Position numbers and translations under genes: made by a program. DNA of 64,000 nt, taken from NCBI GenBank assembly GCA_964647025.1, contig CAZYFU010000010.1:10047-74046 (forward strand), read 5' to 3'. A model generated the notes under the pieces. That model made no database searches. It was not told the origin of the DNA and saw only the letters and a program-made list of their open reading frames with translations. This stretch comes from an uncultured Myxococcales bacterium. Lineage in GTDB: Bacteria; Myxococcota_A; Polyangia; Fen-1088. Positions 38,369 to 48,388 of this stretch are shown here, in pieces (position 1 is the first letter of the stretch; each line of letters opens with the position of its first letter).

Positions 38369-38677
38369 ATGGGAATCGATGTTCGCGTAGAGACAGAGTC
38401 AGGCGAAGTTCAGGACGAGGTTCTCGACGACGGGAACCTGACCGAGAAGCTGCTCCCGGATCGCGAGGACCCGACTTCACCCTGTTTGCGCTTCGTCGAC
38501 CCGTTCGGGGACACCTTGTTCAACCAGATTCAAATCCCGCTGGTCGTCACGGAGCTCGAGAAGAAGCTGCGCGGATCGGCGCGGGCCGAGGTGAAAGCGC
38601 ATTGCGAGGCGATTCTCAAGGCAGTGAAGGCCGCAGACGGCGAAGAGCACACGTACGTCCGTTTCTCGGGCGAATAG
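38369..38677 (+). CDS. small hypothetical protein (102 aa)
   Basis: Perfect RBS ggaggga 6 nt upstream of the ATG and strong GC3 bias. Acidic protein, no known motif. Confidence 0.5.
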   Translation: MGIDVRVETESGEVQDEVLDDGNLTEKLLPDREDPTSPCLRFVDPFGDTLFNQIQIPLVVTELEKKLRGSARAEVKAHCEAILKAVKAADGEEHTYVRFSGE

Positions 38678-38705
38678 CGCGTCTGCCGAGCAAAGCTCCG
38701 CGAGC

Positions 38706-39956
38706 ATGAGAACTGGCACCGCGGATTTGCCCCTGCATGGCGGGCGCGTGCCCATGTGGTTGGCCGCACGGATGGCGCGCCTTGGCCGGGTCATGGTCGA
38801 GGCACTCGTCATCGAGTACGGACGCGACGAGGTCTTGCGCCGACTGGCCGACCCCTTCTGGTTTCAGTCGCTCGGCTGCGTGATGGGGATGGACTGGCAT
38901 TCGTCGGGTATCACGACCAGCGTTCTCGGGGCGCTCAAGCGCGGGTTGGCCCCGGTGGAAGGCGAGCTCGGCATCCACGTTTGCGGCGGTCGAGGCCGAC
39001 ACTCCAGGCGCACCCCCGATGAGCTGCGCGCCCTGGGCGACAGGCTGTCCGTCGACGCCGCCGGCCTGGTGCGTGCGAGCCGCTTGGTCGCGAAGGTCGA
39101 CAGCGCGGCGGTGCAGGATGGCTTCGACCTGTACCTTCACGGCTTCATCGTCGCCGACGACGGGAAATGGGTCGTCGTCCAGCAGGGCATGAACCCGGCA
39201 AGACGCCAGGCGCGCCGCTACCACTGGCTCTGGGATCGCGCGGGCTCGTTCGTGGACCAGCCGCACTCGGCCATCGAGGGCGAGCCGGCACCCACGCCTA
39301 TCGTCAACCTCACGGATCGTGCGGCCGCGGCGTCGCGTCAACAAACCGTGGCGCTCGCGGTGTCGGATCCGGCCAAGGTCGTGGCTCAGGTCGAACGCGT
39401 GCTGGAAATGCCGAGCCACCATGACGTGCGCGCCGATAACCTCGATCTGCGCAGACTGGGGGCCGCGTTGCACGTGGCGGCGAAGCAGGGCCCGGCGACT
39501 TTTCCCGAGCTGCTCCTCACCCCCAACATCGGCCAGCGCACGCTGTTCGCGCTGGCGCTGGTGGCGGAGGTCTTGCACGGTGCGCCGTGTCGGTTTTCCG
39601 ACCCTGCGCGGTTCTCCTTTGCCCACGGAGGTAAGGACGGGCACCCGTTCCCGGTGCCGCTCAAGGTCTACGACGAGACGCTCGGAGCCCTTCGACGCGC
39701 CGTGGATGGCGCCAAGCTGGGTCAGACGGACAAGCTGGCTGCCCTACGAAAGCTGGACGAACAGTGCCGGTTGGCCGAACGGGCGGCCAGTGGGAGGGCG
39801 TTGCCCACCAGCCCGTCGATTGCGCTTGCGGCGGTGATCGCGCACGAACGGCGCGTCTCGCCGCAGTTGGGCGGCCGTACCTGCTCGGGCGGAGCAACAC
39901 GACCGCGTCAGTTGTCGCTCAGGTTTGGTCCCGGAGCGCCTTTACGAGAATCTTGA
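38706..39956 (+). CDS. DUF763-like conserved hypothetical protein
   Basis: N-terminus ...ADLPLHGGRVPMWLAARMARLG...DPFWFQSLGCVMGMDWHSSGITTSVLGALK recalls the DUF763 family. Follows the small protein after a 28-nt gap. Its 3' end overlaps the convergent flgM-like gene by 38 nt. Confidence 0.55.
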   Translation: MRTGTADLPLHGGRVPMWLAARMARLGRVMVEALVIEYGRDEVLRRLADPFWFQSLGCVMGMDWHSSGITTSVLGALKRGLAPVEGELGIHVCGGRGRHSRRTPDELRALGDRLSVDAAGLVRASRLVAKVDSAAVQDGFDLYLHGFIVADDGKWVVVQQGMNPARRQARRYHWLWDRAGSFVDQPHSAIEGEPAPTPIVNLTDRAAAASRQQTVALAVSDPAKVVAQVERVLEMPSHHDVRADNLDLRRLGAALHVAAKQGPATFPELLLTPNIGQRTLFALALVAEVLHGAPCRFSDPARFSFAHGGKDGHPFPVPLKVYDETLGALRRAVDGAKLGQTDKLAALRKLDEQCRLAERAASGRALPTSPSIALAAVIAHERRVSPQLGGRTCSGGATRPRQLSLRFGPGAPLRES

Positions 39957-40194
39957 GCGCGAGGCGTTGTGGGTGGACCTTGTACGTTCCCTCCGCGACC
40001 TGACGACGAAGCTCTTCCACTCGGATGCGCCGCGAAACCGACTCTGCGCTGGGCGTGGACGGCGCACTGAGTGGACCCCTGCGCACTTGTAGGTTGGTTG
40101 GTGCTGCCATGTACTCGAACATCGGCCCCTGTGAGAAATCCTTAAGAGGATCCGAGAGGTTTTTTCGACTTTTTCGAAAGTCGAACGATGGCAA
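39919..40194 (-). CDS. anti-sigma-28 factor FlgM-like protein
   Basis: 91 aa. The C-terminal RVEELRRQVAEGTYKVHPQRLALKILVKAL matches the FlgM sigma-binding helix pattern ([IV]..G.YKVD...IA..[IL]L). Located directly downstream of a FliA-type sigma factor gene. Confidence 0.5.
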   Translation of the reverse strand: MPSFDFRKSRKNLSDPLKDFSQGPMFEYMAAPTNLQVRRGPLSAPSTPSAESVSRRIRVEELRRQVAEGTYKVHPQRLALKILVKALRDQT

Positions 40195-40254
40195 GGAGTT
40201 AGGGACCCAACCCAGGCCCCCGCGCTCGGTGGAGACGGCTTTGGCGCCTTCGGA

Positions 40255-41058
40255 CTACGCTGCGACGGCGTCTTCGATGTCCGACAGCGACTCGCGCAGG
40301 CGGCGCGTGGCTTCGCCGTGGATCTGACAGACGCGGGATTCGGTCACGCCGAGGATCTCGCCGATCTCCTTCAGGTTCATGTTCTCGCAGTAGTAGAGCG
40401 AGAGCACCTGCTGCATCTTCTCGGGCAGATCGTCGATGCCGGAGACCAAGTGCGCGAGCGCTTCCCGGTGCGCGGTGAGCTCGAAGGGATCGGGAGAGTT
40501 GTTGTCGCTCGTGCGTTCGAGGAAATCTGGACCCGCGTCGTCGATACCGACCACCGACGATCCGGAGAGCTTCTGCTGGCGGGTATACAGCTCGTCTACC
40601 CTGAGGCCGAGGGTCTCTGCGAGCTCGCCCTGGTCGGGCGTACGACCGAGTTGGGACTCGAGCTTGCGCGTCGCTTCACGCAGCTCGTTCGAGAGGCGCC
40701 GCATATCGCGAGAAAGCGTGTCGCGGGCGCGCAGGTCGTCGAGCATGGCGCCGCGGATGCGGAACTCGGCGAAGGCTTCGAAGCGATCGACGCGCTTGGG
40801 GTCGAAGCGCTCGGCAGCCTCCATGAGTCCGATCACGCCTGCCGAGACCAGATCGTCGATCTCGACGTGGGCTGGAAGGCGACGGGCGAGCCGACGCGCC
40901 ACCTTCTCGATGTACGGGAAGAACTTGGCCGCATACTCACGGCGTCGCGCTGCGAGCGCCTTCGGGGAAAGCTTGCGTTCACTGGTACGCTTCTTGGCCG
41001 CCTTGTGCGCTGCCGGCCGTCGTTGCTTACTTACCCGAGCTCGCTTCGCTTTTGGCAT
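40255..41058 (-). CDS. RNA polymerase sigma factor, FliA/WhiG (group 3, sigma-28-like) family
   Basis: Region 2 DDLVSAGVIGLMEAAERFDPKRVDRFEAFAEFRIRGAML. Region 4.2 LSLYYCENMNLKEIGEILGVTESRVCQIHGEATRRLRE, nearly identical in pattern to E. coli FliA. Lys/Arg-rich N-terminal extension of about 30 aa. Confidence 0.8.
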   Translation of the reverse strand: MPKAKRARVSKQRRPAAHKAAKKRTSERKLSPKALAARRREYAAKFFPYIEKVARRLARRLPAHVEIDDLVSAGVIGLMEAAERFDPKRVDRFEAFAEFRIRGAMLDDLRARDTLSRDMRRLSNELREATRKLESQLGRTPDQGELAETLGLRVDELYTRQQKLSGSSVVGIDDAGPDFLERTSDNNSPDPFELTAHREALAHLVSGIDDLPEKMQQVLSLYYCENMNLKEIGEILGVTESRVCQIHGEATRRLRESLSDIEDAVAA

Positions 41059-41070
41059 GCCGACCCGGTG

Positions 41071-41087
41071 TGCAGCCGCCGTGCCAG
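41071..41087 (-). promoter_or_regulatory. candidate sigma-54 (-24/-12) promoter element upstream of the FliA-type sigma factor gene
   Basis: The minus-strand sequence CTGGCACGGCGGCTGCA matches TGGCACG-N4-TTGCA with exact GG-N10-GC spacing (one mismatch, C for T at -14). It lies in the 186-nt intergenic region, 13 nt upstream of the annotated ATG. Confidence 0.3.
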
Positions 41088-41244
41088 GAAAGTGGACTCG
41101 CTAACCTGGCCAATATCCTGGCAGTTGTGACCCGGCCTCGACGGGATCGTCATCCGAATGACGTCATGAGGGGGATCGAACCGTCAAGCCACTGACGACT
41201 GCGAGGGAAAACGTGGCGCCAATGACGATCGGATCGGCAGGTGA

Positions 41245-42570
41245 TCAGGCCACGGTTCGGCGGCGCAGCTTCTCAACAAGGGTGGTGCGGTTCATGCCCA
41301 GCAATTCCGCGGCGCGGTTCTTGTTGCCGCCGGTTCGTTCCAACGCTTGACCGATCAAGCGGTCTTCGAGCTGGGTGAGTAGGAGTCGGAGATCCACGCC
41401 GTGAGGTGGTAGGTCTACGATTGCCGGACCAAGCGCCTTCACATCGGTGCGCAGACTGGCGGGCAGGTCGTACACAGTGACTCCGCGATCCTTGGCGGTG
41501 GTCACGAGATTTGCGACGACGTTTTCCAGTTGTCGTACGTTGCCGGGCCACGGGAACTCGCCGAGCCTGACCAGCACGTCGGGTGGCAAGGGCGGCGTCT
41601 CCCGACCGCGGAAGGTGTTGGCGGCGCGGCGGAAGTGCTCGACCAGGATCGGGATGTCCTCGAGGCGCTCGCGCAGCGGCGGGATCTCGATGGGAATGAT
41701 GTTGAGGCGGTAGTAGAGATCCTCGATGAACGAGCCTTCGCGTACCGCCTGTTCGAGGTTTCGGGTGGTGGCTGCGATGATGCGCACGTCCGCTCGTCTG
41801 CGACTCGCAGCGTCCCGGACCAGTCGCAGAAGGCCCACTTGGAGCTCGCGCGCGAGATTCGCGATCTCGTCGATGAAGAGGGTGCCGCGGAGTGCCTCCC
41901 CAAGCTTGCCTTGGCCGGTTGTCGGAGCCTCTTTGCCCGAGACATTGGGGGCGCCGAACATGTCTGTCGTGGTGAGCTTGTTCTCGCCGTTTGCCAGCCG
42001 TATGGCCACGAACGGTCCGTTGCGACGCGTACCGCACGCGTGGATCAAACGGGCAACGACCTCTTTGCCGGTGCCGTCTTCGCCGCGGATGAGGACGCTG
42101 GCGTCGGAGTCCGCGACCTGGTCGACCCGTTCGAGCACGACGTGCATGGCGGGATGCTCGCCAACCAAGGTCGCGCCGCTGGTCCGCAGCGGAGCAACGC
42201 CGCGTCCGCGCTCTGCCAAGGCACGCTCGATGACATCTCCGCAGACCTCGTCGTGGAAGGACTGCGGGATGAAGTCGACCGCGCCCATGCGAAACGCCGA
42301 GACGATCTCGCGCACCGTGCCCAGGGCCGCGCGGACCACGACCGGGATGGCCATCTTTCGCGCGTGAGCCGAGGCGACCACGTTGCGGACGGTCTCGCTT
42401 GGCAGTCCCAGCGAGATCACGCAAAGCTCGAACGTCTTCGATGAAAGGGCATCGAGCGCGCGCGTGGCGTTCTCCACGGCCAGGCATTCATAGCCGAGGG
42501 ACGCCACCACACGCGCGAGTGCTTCTCGCGCAGCTTTGTCGTCGTCGACGAGGAGAATCCGTATCTGCAT
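41245..42570 (-). CDS. NtrC-family response regulator (receiver + AAA+ sigma-54-interaction-type domain + Fis-type HTH) with degenerate GAFTGA loop
   Basis: ATG at 42570 with a gggagg RBS. Receiver domain MQIRILLVDDDKAAREALARV. AAA+ domain with Walker A GEDGTGKE and Walker B GTLFIDEI. In the ESELFGHEKGAFTGA position it reads TTDMFGAPNVSGKEAPTTG, so the GAFTGA motif is absent. C-terminal HTH LIGQALERTGGNKNRAAELLGMNRTTLVEKLRR. Confidence 0.8.
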   Translation of the reverse strand: MQIRILLVDDDKAAREALARVVASLGYECLAVENATRALDALSSKTFELCVISLGLPSETVRNVVASAHARKMAIPVVVRAALGTVREIVSAFRMGAVDFIPQSFHDEVCGDVIERALAERGRGVAPLRTSGATLVGEHPAMHVVLERVDQVADSDASVLIRGEDGTGKEVVARLIHACGTRRNGPFVAIRLANGENKLTTTDMFGAPNVSGKEAPTTGQGKLGEALRGTLFIDEIANLARELQVGLLRLVRDAASRRRADVRIIAATTRNLEQAVREGSFIEDLYYRLNIIPIEIPPLRERLEDIPILVEHFRRAANTFRGRETPPLPPDVLVRLGEFPWPGNVRQLENVVANLVTTAKDRGVTVYDLPASLRTDVKALGPAIVDLPPHGVDLRLLLTQLEDRLIGQALERTGGNKNRAAELLGMNRTTLVEKLRRRTVA

Positions 42571-42918
42571 CCTCCCGCACGTAATCGGCGGAACGATCCG
42601 CACCCTGAAGCTCTTGGTCGGGCTTCTTTCGACGGTCGCGGACGATCGCGATCGGATTCTCTTCGGTCCTTTTCGTTGTCGGCCTGCAGGTGTTTTGCGC
42701 ATGCCTTGTCCGCGATTGGATCGGCCGTCCGGGACGACGAACAGGGCCCGCATTGTACCCCTACTCCAGCGTTTCCGCTCCGCTTTCACGGCGTTCCAAG
42801 AATGCGGTGGGCCGCGATGCCGGGCGCAAAGCAGGATGACTGCCGTCGGAGAACCGACTCGGGAAACCGACGAGCCCGTTACCCGTCAATCACCCTCCAA
42901 TCGCCCGCCAATCGCTCC

Positions 42919-43305
42919 TCAAGGCGAAAACAGCACGCCAGCCAGAATGACGCTCAGCGAGCCGGCGGCGAGACAGAGGATTACGGTGAGCGCGAAGTAG
43001 AGGACGGCGGTCGTGTACGCGCCGGATTGCAGGTAGCGGACGACATCGTGGTTGAAGCTGGAGTAGGTGGTGAGGCCCCCCATGAAGCCCGTGGTCAGCG
43101 TGAGCCTCAGCGCGGGAGAGAAGGCGGTGGTCCGCAGCGAGACCTGCATGACCAAGCCGATGAGGAAGCACCCGACCACGTTCACCAGCAACGTGCCGTA
43201 GGGGATGGCTCTGCCGAGACGCTCATCCGCCCAAAGGCCGACCAAATACCGAACGCCGGTTCCGATAGCACCGGCCAGGCAAATCCAAAACAGCTTGACC
43301 ATCAT
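42919..43305 (-). CDS. crcB: fluoride ion channel CrcB/Fluc
   Basis: MMVKLFWICLAGAIGTGVRYLVG...GTLLVNVVGCFLIG...TGFMGGLTTYSSF, the classic CrcB motifs. About 128 aa from the internal ATG. Confidence 0.8.
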   Translation of the reverse strand: MMVKLFWICLAGAIGTGVRYLVGLWADERLGRAIPYGTLLVNVVGCFLIGLVMQVSLRTTAFSPALRLTLTTGFMGGLTTYSSFNHDVVRYLQSGAYTTAVLYFALTVILCLAAGSLSVILAGVLFSP

Positions 43306-43429
43306 CAAAGGTCGGAAAAATGAAGGACGCAACCCTAACACGGCACCTCCCCGCCGACCACAGGGTTTGGTTTTGTGCCAACCGGAGGTTGACGTTAGGC
43401 TTTTCACAACTCAAAGTGCAGACAGGCTG

Positions 43430-45300
<1,871 letters not shown>

Positions 45301-45304
<4 letters not shown>

Positions 45305-45861
45305 ACTTCGCAACCGCGGCACCTTCGCTGCTCGAGAAGATAGCCTTCTTCGTCCTGGCCGCCGGGGTCTTGGGCGGTGCCCTGGTCACCATCACGCGCA
45401 AGAGCGCAGTCGGGGCGCTGATCGCGCTCATCGCCACGTTCTGCGCGTCGGCTGGGCTCTACGCCACGCTGTCAGCGCACTTCCTGGCCGTCCTGCAGGT
45501 GCTGGTCTACGCGGGCGCCATCATGGTGCTGTTCATCTTCGCGGTCATGATAGTCAGCCGCGACGAGACTCAGCCGATCGCGCTGCGCGGGCTGTTCCTG
45601 CGTGCTGCCGCGGTCCTCGCCATCGGCTACCTCTTCTACAAGACCGCCTGGATCGTCGTGCGTGAGCGCGGGAGCGACGTGCTGGCCGCGACCGCGCCTC
45701 CGCCCATTCCCGACTTCGGCAACGTGGCCGCGGTGGGGCGCCTGCTGTTCAGCGACTTCCTGTTCCCCTTCGAGGCGATTTCCTTGCTTCTACTGGCCGC
45801 GGTGGTGGGCGGCGTGGTCTTGGCCAGGCCACCCACGCGAAACGACGGAGGCGCCGTCTGA
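45301..45861 (+). CDS. nuoJ: NADH-quinone oxidoreductase subunit J
   Basis: GTG start overlaps the nuoF stop (GTGA). Five-TM ND6 family pattern (…LQVLVYAGAIMVLFIFAVM…). Confidence 0.8.
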
Positions 45862-46160
45862 TGCCAGGTCATTTCTACATTCTGGTCTCGCTAGCCCTGT
45901 TCTTCATCGGCACCACCGGCGTGCTCATGCGGCGGAACGCCTTGTTCGTGCTGATGAGCGTGGAGTTGCAGCTCGCCGCAGGTAGCCTGGCGCTGCTCGC
46001 GTTCTCGCGAGGCCTGGGCGATCAGCGTGGGCACGTGGTCGCGTTCTTCATCATGGCCCTGGCGGCGGCCGAGGCGGCGATCGGCCTCGCCATCGTGGTG
46101 TCCATCTACCGCGTGAACAAGAAGATCGATCTGGCCACCATCGACGAGCTCCGGAACTGA
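45861..46160 (+). CDS. nuoK: NADH-quinone oxidoreductase subunit K
   Basis: 99 aa; …VLMRRNALFVLMSVELQLAA…AAEAAIGLAIVVSIYR, a typical ND4L. Its ATG overlaps the nuoJ stop (ATGA). Confidence 0.9.
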   Translation: MPGHFYILVSLALFFIGTTGVLMRRNALFVLMSVELQLAAGSLALLAFSRGLGDQRGHVVAFFIMALAAAEAAIGLAIVVSIYRVNKKIDLATIDELRN

Positions 46161-46162
46161 CC

Positions 46163-48388
46163 ATGCTCTCTCAGCTTCGATTCATTCCCTTGCTGCCGCT
46201 GCTCGGGGCGGCGTACTTGATCCTGTTCGGGCGGCGCCACTCCAAGCGGGTCATCCATACGATCGCGACGGTGGCCGTGTTCGCGTCGTGTGTGATCTCG
46301 CTCGATGCGTTCTTCTTCGGGTTGCCGCCGGCGGCTCGGGCGGGCGGGCTCGTCGATGCCGTGTTTCCGTGGTTCGCGACGAGCGAGCTGAACGTGGACT
46401 TCACGCTGCGCATGGATGCCCTGTCGGGGCTGCTGTGCCTGGTGGTCACGTTCATTGGGACGCTGATCCACGTCTACTCGGTGGGCTACATGTCCCACGA
46501 GAAGGACTACGCCCGCTTCTTCGCCTATCTGAACCTGTTCTGCGGGGCGATGTTGCTGCTGGTCCTGGGCGATACCTTGCCCGTGGTGTTCATCGGTTGG
46601 GAGGGCGTGGGCCTGGCCAGCTATCTATTGATAGGCTTCTGGTACCAGGAAAGCGCCAACGCCAGCGCCGGCAAGAAGGCCTTCATCACCAACCGCATCG
46701 GCGACTTCGGCTTCCTCATCGGGATGTTCCTGCTCTTCCGGGCGACCGGCAGCCTCAGCATCCCCGAGATCCTGGATGCCGCCAAGGCAGGCTCGGCTTT
46801 GACTGCGCCCCTGTGGCTCGGTCTGCCGGTGGCGTTCTGGGCGGGCCTGTTCCTCTTCATCGGCGCGGCGGGCAAGTCGGCGCAGCTTCCTCTTTATGTG
46901 TGGTTGCCCGACGCCATGGCGGGGCCCACGCCGGTGTCGGCCCTCATCCACGCGGCCACCATGGTCACCGCGGGTGTGTACCTGGTGGCGCGAATGTCGG
47001 CGGTGTACATGTTGGCGCCCGCGGCGCTGGCCATCGTCGCCATCGTCGGCGCGCTGACCGCCGTGTTCGCGGCCATCATCGGCTTCGCGCAGAACGACTT
47101 CAAGAAGGTGCTGGCGTACTCGACGGTCAGCCAACTCGGCTTCATGTTCGTTGGCGTCGGCACCGCGAACTTCGCGGGCGGCATATTCCACTTGTTCACG
47201 CACGCGTTCTTCAAGGCCGGGCTCTTCCTCTGTGCCGGCTCGGTCATGCACGCGATGAGCGGGTCGGGCGACATCACCAAGATGGGCGGGCTGGCCAAGC
47301 GGCTGCCGTGGACCACGCGCGTGTTCCAGGCCTGCTGGTTGGCGATCTGCGGTGTTCCCATCTTTTCCGGCTTCTTCAGCAAGGACGCCATCCTGGAAGG
47401 CGCCTTCGCCACGCATGCCTACGGCCAGGGCCTCGCCTGGGTCGGCCCGCTCGTCGGTGGGCTGCTGCTCGTGGCGGCGCTGGGTACGGCGTTCTACATG
47501 TCGCGCCTGTACTTCCTGGTCTTCACCGGTCCCTGTCGCGCCGACGGGCACGTGCAAGAGCACATCCACGAGTCCCCCGTGTCGATGATTTTCCCGCTGG
47601 TGGTGCTCGCCGCGGGCGCGGTGCTGTCGGGCTTCGTGTCCGTACCGCCGGCGATTCGCGAGCTCCTGGGCAGGCACGGCGAGAGCACCCTGGCGGTTCT
47701 ATTGGCCCCTGCCGTGGGCGAGCCCATGCACGTATCCCATGCGCTCGAGTGGGGCGTGATGGCGACCTCGACCGTGGTTGCCCTGGGCGGCATCGGGCTC
47801 GCCTACCTGTTCTTCGGCGGCGGTTATCGCCAGCCTGCGCACGCGTTCGTGCAGAAGGTGCCGGGCTTCGTTGCGCTGGTGCGAGACAAGTTCCGCGTCG
47901 ACGAGCTCTACGCGAAGCTCCTCCTGCGTCCGTTCCGCTTGGTCTGTGACATCGTCTTCCAGCTGGTCGACCGGATCCTCATCGACAAGATCCTGATCGG
48001 TGGATGGACCTTCCTGGCCGACATGCTCGGGCGCGTGTTCCGCTTCTTCCAGGCTGGGGACGTCCAGCGCTACCTGGCGGCGTTCGCCATCGGCGCATCG
48101 GTGGTGGTCTGGGTGGCGGCGCGACCCGCTCGACCTGACGAGATCCGTATCAAGGTCGAGGGGCGGTCGGTCAAGGTGGACGTGGTGGATCCCGGCGCCC
48201 GCCGCGATGCCCTCAAGTACAGCTTCGACTTCGATGGCGACGGGCGGCCCGACCGCGCCGGCTCGACGCCGTCGGCGACTTGGATCTACGGCGGTGACCT
48301 TCACCAGAAGGTCACCATCACCATCGAGGACTCTCGCTGGCAGACCCGCCGCGTGATCACCCGGCCTTTCGAGCTCCGACAACCATGA
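46163..48388 (+). CDS. nuoL: NADH-quinone oxidoreductase subunit L, with an extra C-terminal soluble extension of about 95 aa
   Basis: ND5 family core (…WLPDAMAGPTPVSALIHAATMVTAGVYL…). 741 aa versus about 610-660 typical. The tail from ARPARPDEIRIKVEGRSVKVDVVD... to RPFELRQP is hydrophilic. Confidence 0.9.
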   Translation: MLSQLRFIPLLPLLGAAYLILFGRRHSKRVIHTIATVAVFASCVISLDAFFFGLPPAARAGGLVDAVFPWFATSELNVDFTLRMDALSGLLCLVVTFIGTLIHVYSVGYMSHEKDYARFFAYLNLFCGAMLLLVLGDTLPVVFIGWEGVGLASYLLIGFWYQESANASAGKKAFITNRIGDFGFLIGMFLLFRATGSLSIPEILDAAKAGSALTAPLWLGLPVAFWAGLFLFIGAAGKSAQLPLYVWLPDAMAGPTPVSALIHAATMVTAGVYLVARMSAVYMLAPAALAIVAIVGALTAVFAAIIGFAQNDFKKVLAYSTVSQLGFMFVGVGTANFAGGIFHLFTHAFFKAGLFLCAGSVMHAMSGSGDITKMGGLAKRLPWTTRVFQACWLAICGVPIFSGFFSKDAILEGAFATHAYGQGLAWVGPLVGGLLLVAALGTAFYMSRLYFLVFTGPCRADGHVQEHIHESPVSMIFPLVVLAAGAVLSGFVSVPPAIRELLGRHGESTLAVLLAPAVGEPMHVSHALEWGVMATSTVVALGGIGLAYLFFGGGYRQPAHAFVQKVPGFVALVRDKFRVDELYAKLLLRPFRLVCDIVFQLVDRILIDKILIGGWTFLADMLGRVFRFFQAGDVQRYLAAFAIGASVVVWVAARPARPDEIRIKVEGRSVKVDVVDPGARRDALKYSFDFDGDGRPDRAGSTPSATWIYGGDLHQKVTITIEDSRWQTRRVITRPFELRQP

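Noticed and set aside
38708-38725. TGGCACcgcggaTTTGC resembling a sigma-54 promoter
   Set aside because: The GG to GC spacing is 12, not the required 10, and it lies inside the start of the DUF763 coding sequence.
43306-43429. Expected fluoride riboswitch (crcB motif) upstream of crcB
   Set aside because: The 125-nt leader region was read on the minus strand. The conserved GGnGAUGG … CUAAUGA elements are not present, only a generic GGCAC…GUGCC hairpin, so no riboswitch is called.
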